The notes under the pieces are model-generated. The model did no database searches. It had not been told where the DNA came from and worked only from the letters and a program-made list of their open reading frames with translations. Positions 1 through 10,161 of a stretch of 64,000 nt of DNA are shown one piece after another. The first letter of the stretch is position 1, and every line of letters begins with the position of its first letter. Position numbers and translations under genes: made by a program. Origin of the DNA: Patescibacteria group bacterium (GTDB lineage: Bacteria; Patescibacteriota; Minisyncoccia; Phycocordibacterales; UBA9973); NCBI GenBank assembly GCA_038061755.1, contig JBBTYN010000002.1, positions 79,312 to 143,311 on the forward strand. Reading direction: 5' to 3'.

Positions 1-500
1 TTTTTTGTTCCCTGAAAACTCCCAACAACAATTTGACCTGAACCTGTATTATTCAATAGATTCGTTAAATCTTTTTGCCAAAATTCTGGCTCTAATGATG
101 GTACACCAAAAGAATTAGTAATAAGCTCTGGTATTCCTTCAATGTTTTCATTTACAATTACCCCTTCTTTCATTTTTTGCAAAGTCAAATCTCCATCTAT
201 CTTTATAGATAAAACATTTGGCCAAGGATGGCAAGGATATTTTTCACTGCGAACTGTTTTGTAAGTAACAATGTCAAAACCTTTATTCAAAGCCGCCTGC
301 ACAAATTTTCCATTAATAAGTGGCCCCGCAGGAATACCAAAAGGTAAATTTACTTTAAAGCCCAGAAAATCATACTGAGTCTCAGCAAGAACCCTCTTTG
401 CTGGATTTTCTACTTTACTATCTGCAAAAGCTCCAAAGGGTCCCTTTTCATAATTTTCTTCATAAGATTTTTTAGGATCATAAAATGGCTCAAAAAGCAT
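1..500 (-). CDS. Dihydroorotate dehydrogenase-like flavoprotein (runs off the window start)
   Basis: Not in the ORF track. Manual translation from ATG at 500: [15 protein letters not shown]...[17 protein letters not shown]...[12 protein letters not shown]...TNSFG, resembling DHODH-family N-terminal motifs. Confidence 0.65.
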   Translation of the reverse strand, partial: MLFEPFYDPKKSYEENYEKGPFGAFADSKVENPAKRVLAETQYDFLGFKVNLPFGIPAGPLINGKFVQAALNKGFDIVTYKTVRSEKYPCHPWPNVLSIKIDGDLTLQKMKEGVIVNENIEGIPELITNSFGVPSLEPEFWQKDLTNLLNNTGSGQIVVGSFQGTK

Positions 501-538
501 ATCTTGATTCTAATATAAAACAGGTGTATTATCAAAGA

Positions 539-1147
539 ATGTTAATACCAACAGTTATAGAAAAATCACAATTTGGAGAAAGAGCTTATGATATTTATTC
601 TCGCCTTTTACGTGAAAGAATTGTTTTTTTAGCAGGACCCATTGATGATAATGTAGCAAACATTGTGATTGCCCAGCTTCTTTTTCTTGAATCTGAAGAC
701 GCAAAAAAAGATATTTTTCTATACATAAATTCTCCAGGCGGATCTGTAACTTCCACTATGGCTATCGTAGATACGATGAATCACGTTCGTCCAGATATTT
801 CCACTTTTTGTGTAGGACTCGCAGCTTCAGGCGCAGCCATAGTGCTATCAGCAGGTAAAAAAGGCAAGCGTTTTATTTTACCAAATGCCGAAGTTATGAT
901 TCATCAACCAATGGGCGGAGTAGAAGGCCAAGCGACAGATATAGCCATTACTGCTAAACACATTTTGAAAACTAGAGATAATTTAAATAAATTACTAGCA
1001 AAAAATACCGGTAAGTCTCTTCCTGAAATAGAAAAAGACGTGGAAAGAGACTTTTTTATGGATGCTGAAGAAGCGAAAAAATACGGAATTATAGATGACA
1101 TAGTCACTAAATCAAAAATCCCTACCTCTAAGCAAAACAACGACTAG
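539..1147 (+). CDS. clpP: ATP-dependent Clp protease proteolytic subunit
   Basis: MLIPTVIEK...[22 protein letters not shown] motifs. Start moved to ATG 539 to avoid overlap with the divergent gene. Confidence 0.97.
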   Translation: MLIPTVIEKSQFGERAYDIYSRLLRERIVFLAGPIDDNVANIVIAQLLFLESEDAKKDIFLYINSPGGSVTSTMAIVDTMNHVRPDISTFCVGLAASGAAIVLSAGKKGKRFILPNAEVMIHQPMGGVEGQATDIAITAKHILKTRDNLNKLLAKNTGKSLPEIEKDVERDFFMDAEEAKKYGIIDDIVTKSKIPTSKQNND

Positions 1148-1173
1148 ACACAATTCTATTTATTTGTTATACT
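1145..1173 (+). promoter_or_regulatory. Sigma70-type promoter upstream of the rny leader
   Basis: TAGACA-17 nt-TATACT. Confidence 0.6.
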
Positions 1174-1348
1174 AACAATGTTGAATTTTAAAAATTTATT
1201 TTGTTTAATTTATAGTTGGTTCGCAGGAATATCCCATATATTATGAAGTTTTTAAAGAAAAATTTGTCTATCTTTAGTAAAGTTTTTTTCGGCAAGGAAA
1301 CAAAACTAAAAATATAGTGGTTTGTTCTTGTAAGCTCGCTCAAAGCTT

Positions 1349-2878
1349 ATGAGTATAACAATAATAATTCTACTTGGAGTCATAGCGCTTTTTTTTGGTA
1401 TTGGTATAGGGTATTATCTTCGTCTAATCATTGCCTTAGGAAAAAGAAAATCTATTGAAATAGATATCAAGCAGATGATGGTCGGCGCAAAAGAAGAAGC
1501 GCAGAAAATCAGCGAAGAAGCAAAAAAGAAGTCTGAGGAACAGTTAGTATATTTAAAAGAAGAAGAAAAAAAGAAAGAACTTGAATTCAAGGAAACAGAA
1601 AAAAGACTCATCAAAAAAGACGAGTTTTTGGATGCGCGACAAGTTGAAGTAAATAAAGAAGTGGAAGAAATAAAAGTTAAAGAGGAAGAAATAAAAAAAA
1701 TCCAAGAAAAAGTATCAAAACTAGAAGCAGAAAAAATAATAGAATTAGAAAGAGTAGCAAAATTAACTGAGATTGAAGCTAAAGATGAACTTTTAAAAGA
1801 TGTTGAGAAAAAATATGAAGAAGATATTTTAATTAGAATACAAAAGCTAGAAAATACTAATGAAGAAAAGCTAGACCGAAGAGCAAAAGATATTTTAGCA
1901 ATCTCTATTCAGCGTCTATCTTCTAGCACTGCGTCTGAATTAATGACTACAGTTGTCTCTATTCCAAACAACGAAATCAAAGGTAAAATAATTGGAAAAG
2001 AAGGGCGAAACATTCGAGCATTTGAGCGAGCCTCTGGAGTTGAGCTTATTGTAGATGATACACCAGGCTCAATAGTCATTTCTTCATTTGACCCTATTAG
2101 AAGACAAGTCGCACGGTTAGCATTGGAAAATCTAATATTAGATGGACGTATTCAACCAGCTAAAATCGAAGAGTTAATAGAAAAAGCAAAAGAAGAAATA
2201 AATAAAATTATAAAAGAAAAAGGAGAACAAGCGGTCTATGAATGTGGAATATTTAATTTTGATCCACGCATTATCGCAATCCTCGGACGATTATATTTTC
2301 GCACAAGTTACGGACAGAATGTTCTCCAACATTCTATTGAAATGGCGCACATCGCAGGCATGCTCGCAGAAGAATTGGGTGCAGATGTGGCAATAGCGAA
2401 AGCTGGAGCTTTGGTGCATGACATTGGTAAAGCATTAGATCATGAAGTGCAAGGCACGCATGTTGAAATAGGAATGCGAATATTGCAGAAATTTGGTGCT
2501 GATGAACGTATTATTACTGCAATGAAAAGTCACCACGAAGATTATCCTTATGAAACTATTGAATCAATCATTGTTCAAACAGCAGACTCAATTTCTGGTG
2601 GACGCCCTGGAGCACGCCGTGATTCAGTAGAAAATTATTTAAAAAGACTTCAAGAACTCGAAGCGCTAGTAAACGCTTTTCCAGCTGTTGAAAAATCATA
2701 TGCATTACAAGCCGGACGTGAAATCCGTATCTTTGTAACCCCAGAAAAAATATCTGATGCCGAAGCAAAGCTTATGGCTAGAGATATTGCTATTAAAATA
2801 GAACAAGAGCTCAAATATCCGGGAGAAATTAAAGTCACAATGATTCGTGAAACACGAATCATTGAATATGCAAGATAA
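1349..2878 (+). CDS. rny: Ribonuclease Y
   Basis: N-terminal TM helix, coiled coil, KH motif (KGKIIGKEGRNIR), HD motif (HDIGK), C-terminal YPGEIKVT. Confidence 0.97.
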   Translation: MSITIIILLGVIALFFGIGIGYYLRLIIALGKRKSIEIDIKQMMVGAKEEAQKISEEAKKKSEEQLVYLKEEEKKKELEFKETEKRLIKKDEFLDARQVEVNKEVEEIKVKEEEIKKIQEKVSKLEAEKIIELERVAKLTEIEAKDELLKDVEKKYEEDILIRIQKLENTNEEKLDRRAKDILAISIQRLSSSTASELMTTVVSIPNNEIKGKIIGKEGRNIRAFERASGVELIVDDTPGSIVISSFDPIRRQVARLALENLILDGRIQPAKIEELIEKAKEEINKIIKEKGEQAVYECGIFNFDPRIIAILGRLYFRTSYGQNVLQHSIEMAHIAGMLAEELGADVAIAKAGALVHDIGKALDHEVQGTHVEIGMRILQKFGADERIITAMKSHHEDYPYETIESIIVQTADSISGGRPGARRDSVENYLKRLQELEALVNAFPAVEKSYALQAGREIRIFVTPEKISDAEAKLMARDIAIKIEQELKYPGEIKVTMIRETRIIEYAR

Positions 2879-2891
2879 AAAAGGCGCCTTG

Positions 2892-2922
2892 CCCCCACAC
2901 CTTTTAAAAAAAGGTGTGGGGG
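2892..2922. repeat. Intergenic palindrome CCCCCACACCTTT...AAAGGTGTGGGGG, copy 1 (may act as rny terminator)
   Basis: Same arms recur at 21016-21053 and 49534-49570. Confidence 0.8.
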
Positions 2923-3034
2923 TTGCCCTTAAAAAACCCTTGATATATAATAGATGGGTAGTAAATATAAAGGTCAAATGGCCCTCCATAGGCGGGCAAG
3001 GTCGAAATATTACAAATATTATCTTTAAATAAAT

Positions 3035-3307
3035 ATGAATAAACAAGCATTAGCCGAATTAGTACATGGAAAGCTCGGTGGTACAAAGGTACAAGCTGAA
3101 GAAATCGTTGACTCTTTATTTGAGGCTATCATCTCAACTTTGAAAAAAGGTGGTGAGGTTTCAATCGCTGGATTCGGAATCTTTTCTGTAAAACAAAGAG
3201 CTGCAAGAATGGCTCGCAATCCAAAGACTGGAGAGCAAGTCAAAGTAGCAGCTAAGAGAGTTCCAAAATTCCGACCTGCAAAAGGTTTGAAAGATACGAT
3301 TGCATAA
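3035..3307 (+). CDS. hup: HU family DNA-binding protein
   Basis: MNKQAL...GFGIF...RNPKTGE...PKFRP signature. Confidence 0.96.
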   Translation: MNKQALAELVHGKLGGTKVQAEEIVDSLFEAIISTLKKGGEVSIAGFGIFSVKQRAARMARNPKTGEQVKVAAKRVPKFRPAKGLKDTIA

Positions 3308-3340
3308 ATTTTACCTGTCTGCGCAGGCAGGTCTCAAGAT

Positions 3341-3379
3341 AAAATTAAAAACCACCCAATTAGGTGGTTTTTAATTTTT
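3341..3379. terminator. Bidirectional intrinsic terminator between hup and lexA
   Basis: AAAATTAAAAACCACC-caatta-GGTGGTTTTTAATTTT between convergent genes. Confidence 0.8.
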
Positions 3380-3956
3380 AGTATTTTCTAATCACCGCCT
3401 TCAAAACTGCATTAATATTTAAACTGTGTTTTGGATATATTGATTTATAATTTTTATTCGCAGGTTCGAGCCAGACCTTAGTACCAGCTTTTTTAAAATA
3501 TTTCATTGTGAATTCTCCATCCACTTCAGCTATAACAATCTGCCCGTCTTTGGCTTGATTTGTTTTTTCTACTAGCACCATATCCCCTTTTTCTATGTGC
3601 GCATCAATCATAGAATCCCCGTCAACTTCTAACATATACGTCAAAGGTTTATTTTTAATAAGAAGGTCATCTAAATTTACAGTGTCAGTTAATTCTTCTT
3701 CCACAGTTGCAGGAAATCCAGCAGTGACAAAGCCGAGCATCGGCACACTGGTAATATTTTCTGTAAAAGTTTCAAATGGAATTAATCTGCCAATATGGTC
3801 TTTTGAAACTACACCCGCGTTAATCAACTTCTCCACCACTCGAAACACTGCATTCTTGGATTTAAAACCGAATAACTTCATCATTTCTGAATACGAAGGC
3901 ATTCTTTTATTCTCTTTAAAAAAAAATTCTATCTTTTCCTGATACAAATTACGCAT
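3378..3956 (-). CDS. lexA: LexA repressor
   Basis: N-terminal HTH (PSYSEM...FKSKNAV), Ala-Gly cleavage site (TAGFP), GDSM catalytic Ser, downstream Lys. Confidence 0.9.
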   Translation of the reverse strand: MRNLYQEKIEFFFKENKRMPSYSEMMKLFGFKSKNAVFRVVEKLINAGVVSKDHIGRLIPFETFTENITSVPMLGFVTAGFPATVEEELTDTVNLDDLLIKNKPLTYMLEVDGDSMIDAHIEKGDMVLVEKTNQAKDGQIVIAEVDGEFTMKYFKKAGTKVWLEPANKNYKSIYPKHSLNINAVLKAVIRKY

Positions 3957-4155
3957 AGATGTTGGTTCTAAAAAATAGAATAACCAATTTATTCATCAAG
4001 CTTACCCTAGAATTATAACGAACTTTCTTCAAAAGTAATTTATGATCCCTCGCTTCTCTCTTATAGTCTTGTCCTTGGAGAATTTTAAAATCAATTTTTT
4101 TATTAATCTTCTGAATTTCTCTCTCTAACATTTTTAAATATTGTGTTTGACTCAT
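3949..4155 (-). CDS. Small basic hypothetical protein (68 aa) upstream of and overlapping lexA
   Basis: ATG at 4155 (MSQTQYLK...) lies downstream of the promoter; its stop overlaps the lexA start region. Confidence 0.65.
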   Translation of the reverse strand: MSQTQYLKMLEREIQKINKKIDFKILQGQDYKREARDHKLLLKKVRYNSRVSLMNKLVILFFRTNIYA

Positions 4156-4219
4156 ATATTTATTTATTATTTTTACTAATTTCGACTTGCTTCCGCCATA
4201 GGCAGACAGGCATGTAAAT

Positions 4220-4249
4220 AGTATAAGTGAACGAGCGTTCACTTGTCAA
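4220..4249 (-). promoter_or_regulatory. lexA operon promoter containing a palindromic SOS box
   Basis: Minus strand TTGACA-18 nt-TATACT; the spacer carries AAGTGAAC-gagc-GTTCACTT (GAAC-N4-GTTC). Confidence 0.85.
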
Positions 4250-4267
4250 TAAGTCCCTTGTGGATAA

Positions 4268-5818
4268 CTAATTATTAACTTTTGGCCTATATTGTATCGC
4301 CTCCAAGATATGATTCTCTTCTACGTTTTCTGAATTTTCTAAATCCGCAATCGTACGGGCAATTTTGATAACTCGATGATACGCTCGAGCAGATAGCGCT
4401 AACCTTTCGGCGCTGTCATCAAGCATGTCTCGCACCTTACCGCTTAGGTTTACCATACTGGACAAATCTTTTACATTCATTTCGCTATTAGTTGTGATTT
4501 TTTTCCCAAATTTTTTAAACCTATTTTTTTGAATTTCGCGCGCTTTAATTACTCTCTCTTTTATCTTCTCGCTTTTCTCACCATTCCCCTCTCCACCCAA
4601 TTTTTTATAATCAACATTCCCAACTGAAACCCACAAATCAATTCGATCAATAATCGGTCCAGATAATTTTCTTTTATATCTGTCCAAATCAGATGGTTTA
4701 CAAATGCACGCTTTTTGTTTAGAGGTGGCATTTCCACAAGGACAAGGGTTCATGGCCGCCACTAAAATAAAATTGGATGGAAAAATTGCCGAGCCTTTGG
4801 CGCGTGAAATTGAAACAATGTTGTCTTCCAGTGGCTGACGCAAAGATTCTATCACCCTTTTTTCAAATTCCGGAAATTCATCTAGAAATAAAACTCCTCT
4901 GTGGGCTAATGTTACTTCTCCCGGCTTGGGATATGTTCCTCCACCAATAATAGAAACATAAGATGACGTATGATGTGGAGCACGAAATGGCGGAAAGCAA
5001 ACGAGTTCCCCATTTGTATTTCCTGCGACAGAATGAATGCCTGTAATTTCTAAAACTTCGTCAATATCTAAATCAGGTAATAGCTGAGAGAACGCCCGAG
5101 CGAGCATTGTCTTGCCAGTGCCTGGCGGACCATACATAGCAATATTGTGCCCACCTGCAGCTGCAATTTCCAAGCCCCGCTTGGCACCTTCTTGTCCTCG
5201 AATGTCCGAAAAATCAGTCCGTGATAATTCTTTTTTATAATTTACTTTAGTTTGGACTTGAATAGGAATTTTTTTTAATAATTTTTGAACAACTTTTTTT
5301 CTTTCATCAATGTGTTCCACCACTTCTGCAAGACTGCTGGCTCCAAAAATATTTATGCCTTCTACTAGAGCTGCTTCCGTTGCATTTTCTTTTGGTAAAT
5401 ATATTTCTTCAAAACCAAGCCTCCGTGCTTCTTGAGCAAGTGGCAATGCGCCACGAATCTTGCGCAGAGTTCCATCGAGCCCGAGCTCTCCTAAGAAAAT
5501 CTTTTTCTCTGAATTAAACTTCACATCCCCCGCAGCGAGCATATAAGAAATGGCAATTCCAAGATCAAAAAACGGCCCTTCTTTTTTTAAATCCGCTGGT
5601 GAAAGGGAAACTATTATTTTTTGATTTTTTGCTTTCGGAGATTTAAAACCAGAATTCTTTATCGCTCCACTTACTCTATCTTTGGATTCATCTACCGCTT
5701 TATCCGGAAGCCCAACCAAACTGAAAGAATGTAGACCTCGCGAGAGGTCCACTTCAATTGTCACGATAGAACCCTTCAGTAAATTAACTTGTGCAGAGTA
5801 GACTTTGGCGAAAGCCAT
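4268..5818 (-). CDS. comM: YifB/ComM family Mg-chelatase-like AAA ATPase
   Basis: LVGLPD, GPPGTGKT, PFRAPHH, LFLDEFPEF, AAMNPCPCG motifs. Confidence 0.93.
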   Translation of the reverse strand: MAFAKVYSAQVNLLKGSIVTIEVDLSRGLHSFSLVGLPDKAVDESKDRVSGAIKNSGFKSPKAKNQKIIVSLSPADLKKEGPFFDLGIAISYMLAAGDVKFNSEKKIFLGELGLDGTLRKIRGALPLAQEARRLGFEEIYLPKENATEAALVEGINIFGASSLAEVVEHIDERKKVVQKLLKKIPIQVQTKVNYKKELSRTDFSDIRGQEGAKRGLEIAAAGGHNIAMYGPPGTGKTMLARAFSQLLPDLDIDEVLEITGIHSVAGNTNGELVCFPPFRAPHHTSSYVSIIGGGTYPKPGEVTLAHRGVLFLDEFPEFEKRVIESLRQPLEDNIVSISRAKGSAIFPSNFILVAAMNPCPCGNATSKQKACICKPSDLDRYKRKLSGPIIDRIDLWVSVGNVDYKKLGGEGNGEKSEKIKERVIKAREIQKNRFKKFGKKITTNSEMNVKDLSSMVNLSGKVRDMLDDSAERLALSARAYHRVIKIARTIADLENSENVEENHILEAIQYRPKVNN

Positions 5819-5844
5819 AATAGATTTGAATTTTTGTAATTATG

Positions 5845-6201
5845 TTAACTTTCTAAATGTTTTTTACAGGTTCGGGCAGCTGGATTTGCTTCCAAGCGGG
5901 TCATCTCAATATCTTTTTTACAAACTTCACACTTACCGAATGATTCTCTGTTTATTCCTTTCAAAGCTCTCAAAATATTATTAAGTCTTGGCTCTAATGT
6001 TCTCATTGTAGAAGTTCTCGCTTCGAAATCTTCAAACCTGTCAGCCTTATCATTTTCATCAGTTTCTGGAAACTCCAATTCTTCAGGGACCGTTTCCCAT
6101 TCTCCTGTTTCTGTGTTCATCTTCCCCATGCCTTTCATTTGCTCGATTAGAACATCCCTCTCTTTTTCTAATTTCTCTTTAATTTTTTTCTTATCTAACA
6201 T
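5845..6201 (-). CDS. TraR/DksA zinc-finger family protein
   Basis: DENDKA acidic tip, CEVC...RLEANPAARTCKKH; start assigned to MLDKKK. Confidence 0.85.
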   Translation of the reverse strand: MLDKKKIKEKLEKERDVLIEQMKGMGKMNTETGEWETVPEELEFPETDENDKADRFEDFEARTSTMRTLEPRLNNILRALKGINRESFGKCEVCKKDIEMTRLEANPAARTCKKHLES

Positions 6202-6226
6202 AGACAAATAATAGCATGTTAATTTT

Positions 6227-6646
6227 TCATAGCAAGTCTTTAAAAATAAATCCTTCTTCATATGAATCAATCCCTAATTTTGTAGCCAAAAACAAGGGAG
6301 CGGGTAAATTATCCAAATCATACCAACCCCAGCCATCACATTTGTTCGGTTCCATTATTTCTGGTTCTCCGCTTTTCCAATCTGCAATTACAGCAACCTG
6401 TATAAAATGCTTTGGGGAATAATCTTTTAAATTTGCTAAATATTGAAATTTAATATTTTCTATTTCAATTCCAGCTTCTTCTTTTGTTTCTCTTTTGGCA
6501 CATTCTAAAAAGGATTCCATATACTCAAGATGCCCACCAGGGAAAGCGTATTCCCCCGCACCAAAACTACCATTACGTTTACCTAATAAAATTTTCCCAT
6601 CTTTTAAAATCATAACCCCTATTCCAACGAATGGTCTTTGTTCCAT
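6227..6646 (-). CDS. NUDIX hydrolase
   Basis: PGGHLEYMES...AKRETKEEAG Nudix box; EPNKC motif as in NUDT15-like enzymes. Confidence 0.9.
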   Translation of the reverse strand: MEQRPFVGIGVMILKDGKILLGKRNGSFGAGEYAFPGGHLEYMESFLECAKRETKEEAGIEIENIKFQYLANLKDYSPKHFIQVAVIADWKSGEPEIMEPNKCDGWGWYDLDNLPAPLFLATKLGIDSYEEGFIFKDLL

Positions 6647-6653
6647 AAACCAA

Positions 6654-7150
6654 TTATATCAGTTTAGCTAATAATTCCTCCGCCCTTCTTATAATCCGTT
6701 CTCCAATTTCTCCCCAATCAAAATATTGCTTGTAGTCCTTTGGATCTATCAACTTAATTTCTGTAACATGCTCTGCTGGATCTGAACTAAATTCTCCATA
6801 TGGCCTTGCTGTGCAAACATAACGAAGCTGATATACAAAACTATTATCTCTGGTATCAATAACTTTTTGATATCCAACAGGCAAGAATGAAAGGACTTCC
6901 ATATTTGATTCTTCTTGTATTTCTCTTTTTAAAGTTTCTTCGAAACTCTCTCCTTTTTCAATAGTTCCTCCGATAAGTCCCATGTTTTACTATGCCCATT
7001 AAGAACTATCACCATTTTCCCATTACAAAAACACACTGCATACGTTTGAGTGCATTTTGTTTTATCTAGATCATCGAAAGAATTCATATCAGAATATTCA
7101 AAAATATAATCCACCCCACTTTTTCCTTTGTATTTTTCTGTTATGTTCAT
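6654..7150 (-). pseudogene. NUDIX hydrolase split by a 1-bp frameshift (or assembly error)
   Basis: ORFs 6929-7150 and 6654-6983 join as KTW-GLIGGTIEKGE...REIQEE if one G is added near 6980. Confidence 0.75.
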
Positions 7151-7158
7151 AAAATTAT

Positions 7159-7719
7159 TTATAAGTTAAATGTTTCTTTAATTTTTTGAGCAACAACTTC
7201 GGGAGATAAATTTGTATTATTTATCCTAATATAATTTTTTTCTTTTATTTCGCCTTCTTTTGAATTTAATCGGTGCTCCAATTCACTTTTTTTAAGATTA
7301 TTCTCAGACCATTCGATATTTCTTTTTGTTGGTTTGTGTTCCAGCCTATGTTCTGTTTTATTCCTCCTTATTCTTTCTTCGGTGTCTGCTTCAAGTTCCA
7401 CATAATATATTTCTGCTCCTTTGTCTTTAAATAAATTTACTAAATTTTCTAAATAATCCCAATCTTTTTTTTCATCAAAATACCATAAATATGTAAAAAC
7501 TAACCCTTCTAAATCACTAGATGCTACCTCTTTAAATATTTCTTCACGAATAAGTTTTACAAGTTTTTTACCTGTTTCAGTGCTATAACTAAAAAATGGA
7601 GAAACTAATTCAATTGGCATATGATTATGAAACAATTTTAAACTAGTTATTTTTTCAAGTTCATGCCCAATGGTCATTTTACCAACAGCTTGTGGTCCAA
7701 ATATAATAATCAATTTCAT
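7159..7719 (-). CDS. P-loop kinase (shikimate kinase-like/AAA family)
   Basis: FGPQAVGKMT Walker A, LFHNH motif. Confidence 0.8.
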   Translation of the reverse strand: MKLIIIFGPQAVGKMTIGHELEKITSLKLFHNHMPIELVSPFFSYSTETGKKLVKLIREEIFKEVASSDLEGLVFTYLWYFDEKKDWDYLENLVNLFKDKGAEIYYVELEADTEERIRRNKTEHRLEHKPTKRNIEWSENNLKKSELEHRLNSKEGEIKEKNYIRINNTNLSPEVVAQKIKETFNL

Positions 7720-7794
7720 AATCTAATTATATCATTTTCAACTACGTTCCCAATGCTGGGAAAAATCTCGATCTAATGGTAAACTCAATTTATT

Positions 7795-10161
7795 ATGTTT
7801 TACAAACACAACGATAACTACACAGTCGAGAGCGTCACTTCTGGCCATCCGGACAAAATCTGTGACCAGATATCAGATGCTATTTTAGATGCATATTTAA
7901 CTTTGGACCCAAAGAGTCGTGTCGCCGTGGAGACCTTTGGCGGTCATGGCAAGCTTGTAATTGGTGGAGAAGTCACCTCGACAGGAAAAGTGGACTACAT
8001 AAAAATCGCCCGTGATGTTTATCGCAAAATTGGTTACACAGATGAGCTCGAAATCTCTGCACACATCGTCACTCAATCCCCCGACATCGCTCAGGGAGTA
8101 GATACAGGCGGAGCTGGAGACCAAGGATGCCTCAAAAAAGGTACCCTTGTAAGAACTAAAAGAGGGTTAATCGCAATACAAGAAATTGTAAAGGGAGATT
8201 ATGTTGCTACCCCATACGGTTGGCGTAAAGTACTCAGAGCTATGATGACCGGTAGAAAAAAAATTGTAGAAGTAGTTTCCGCCGACGGAATGGCATTAGA
8301 ATGCACACCAGATCACAGAATATTGTGCTACGACCGCGAAGGAGCCACGTATTGGAAAGAAGCAGCTTCATTAGAAAAAGGTGATTTTATGTGTACGCTT
8401 AAACCGCAGGAAATTGATGCTGATTTTTTTGTGCAGTCACAAATCCCTCGTGAAAAATTTTTTAGCAAATACAACCATAAAATTTTCGGGCCAGAAGAAT
8501 TGATTTTTAATCATGACGTCGCCTACATTGCGGGAGAATTAATAGGAGATGGATATGTTGCGAGTCCTTATTTAATGGATTTAGCGTTTGGTAATAATCG
8601 TGAGCACGCCGTTATGGTACAAGATGTTTGTAATAAATTTATGCCAGAACAATGGAGGCTAATCGATAATGGTAGTAATGTATGTCTAAAAATTGATTCC
8701 GTTTTGGTTAGAAAACATTTCGAAAATTTTGGTATTACATATGCGAAAGCGCCCGAAAAAGAAACCCCACGAGCTGTCTTCGTTTCCCCGCCAGAAGTTA
8801 TAAAAGGTTATTTAAGAGGACTTTTTGATAGCGATGGAACTATTATTATAAATACGGGGAGAAAAAAAGAAAACATCAGGATTCGTCTTGGTTCTTCATC
8901 TCTTCGACTATTGCGCGAAACCCAATTATTGTTGCATGATTTTGGAATAAAATCTACAATCATTCTTAACACAGCCAAGGGAATGCCAGTTGGAAAAAAG
9001 GGGAAGTTTGGGAAAATATATTATTCACAGCACCAACACTACGTGCTTTCCTTGGTAGGTTTTGAAAGTTATCAAAAATTCTGCAAAGAAATCAGTTTTA
9101 GTGATAAGAAAAAACAGGAACGTGCCAAGATGTATTTAGAAAAATGTAAAACACAGCCAAAAAATTCACGTGGCGTATACTTAATACCTCACCCCAAAAA
9201 AGACGAACTTATAGAAGAATCAAGACTTGGCTGTGAATTCCCCTTTGCAGTTAGCGTGTTTAAAAACATAGTAGACAGAAAAGAAATTACAGAAGTTTAC
9301 GATCTTGAAATAGAAGGAATACATATGTTTTCAGCAAATGGAATTATAGTTCATAATTCCATGTACGGATTCGCTACGGATGAGACACCTGAATTTTTAC
9401 CCAAGGGCGTAGTCCTCGCACATAAACTCGCAAAACGTTTAGAAGAATTAAGGAACAATGGAGAAATCAAATGGTTACGCCCCGATGGCAAAACACAAGT
9501 CACTTATACGAATGGTGAACTGAATACCGTATTAGTAAGTACGCAACATACACCAGAAGTCACACCAGAAGAAATTAAAAAAGAAATTACTGAAAAAATT
9601 ATTCTGCCTTTACTCACCGACAAGGAAAAAAGTTTGGCCTGTCCCGTTAGAGATCGCGAGGGCTCGCAGCGTGTTCCCAGCTCTAATGGGATAAAGATTC
9701 TGGTAAACCCCACGGGAAAATTTATCCAAGGTGGTTTCGAAGCAGATACAGGATTAACTGGCCGCAAAATAATGGTAGATACTTATGGTGGACTCATCCC
9801 CCACGGCGGTGGATGTTTCTCAGGAAAAGATGCCACAAAGGTGGACCGCTCAGGCGCATATATGGCTCGCTACGTGGCGAAAAGCCTCGTTGCAGGTGGT
9901 TATGGTAAAGAAGTGCTCGTATCTGTAGCCTATGCTATCGGTATGGCTGAACCACTGATGATAGAAGCGATTAACGAAAAAGGGAAAGATTTATCAAAAA
10001 TCGTCCGCCAAAATTTTGATTTTAAACCGCTTGCAATAATAAAAAAACTGAAACTTCAAAAGCCAATCTACGAGCAAACTGCCACCTATGGTCATTTCGG
10101 CAAAAAAAATCTGCCGTGGGAAAAAATTGAAAAGATAAAAACTACTGCTTTTTTTGGCTAG
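7795..10161 (+). CDS. metK: S-adenosylmethionine synthetase containing an intein
   Basis: ESVTSGHPDKICDQISD, GAGDQG, DTGLTGRKI, GGGCFSGKD motifs. Confidence 0.96.
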   Translation: MFYKHNDNYTVESVTSGHPDKICDQISDAILDAYLTLDPKSRVAVETFGGHGKLVIGGEVTSTGKVDYIKIARDVYRKIGYTDELEISAHIVTQSPDIAQGVDTGGAGDQGCLKKGTLVRTKRGLIAIQEIVKGDYVATPYGWRKVLRAMMTGRKKIVEVVSADGMALECTPDHRILCYDREGATYWKEAASLEKGDFMCTLKPQEIDADFFVQSQIPREKFFSKYNHKIFGPEELIFNHDVAYIAGELIGDGYVASPYLMDLAFGNNREHAVMVQDVCNKFMPEQWRLIDNGSNVCLKIDSVLVRKHFENFGITYAKAPEKETPRAVFVSPPEVIKGYLRGLFDSDGTIIINTGRKKENIRIRLGSSSLRLLRETQLLLHDFGIKSTIILNTAKGMPVGKKGKFGKIYYSQHQHYVLSLVGFESYQKFCKEISFSDKKKQERAKMYLEKCKTQPKNSRGVYLIPHPKKDELIEESRLGCEFPFAVSVFKNIVDRKEITEVYDLEIEGIHMFSANGIIVHNSMYGFATDETPEFLPKGVVLAHKLAKRLEELRNNGEIKWLRPDGKTQVTYTNGELNTVLVSTQHTPEVTPEEIKKEITEKIILPLLTDKEKSLACPVRDREGSQRVPSSNGIKILVNPTGKFIQGGFEADTGLTGRKIMVDTYGGLIPHGGGCFSGKDATKVDRSGAYMARYVAKSLVAGGYGKEVLVSVAYAIGMAEPLMIEAINEKGKDLSKIVRQNFDFKPLAIIKKLKLQKPIYEQTATYGHFGKKNLPWEKIEKIKTTAFFG
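8128..9357 (+). mobile_element. Intein with LAGLIDADG homing endonuclease (410 aa) in MetK
   Basis: Starts CLKKGT, block B TPDH, IAGELIGDG and LRGLFDSDG motifs, ends VYDLEI...IIVHN followed by Ser+1. Confidence 0.95.

Noticed and set aside
2840-2856. parS-like sequence at the end of rny
   Set aside because: Only a half-site (CGTGAAACA), isolated and explained by the conserved IRETR codons.
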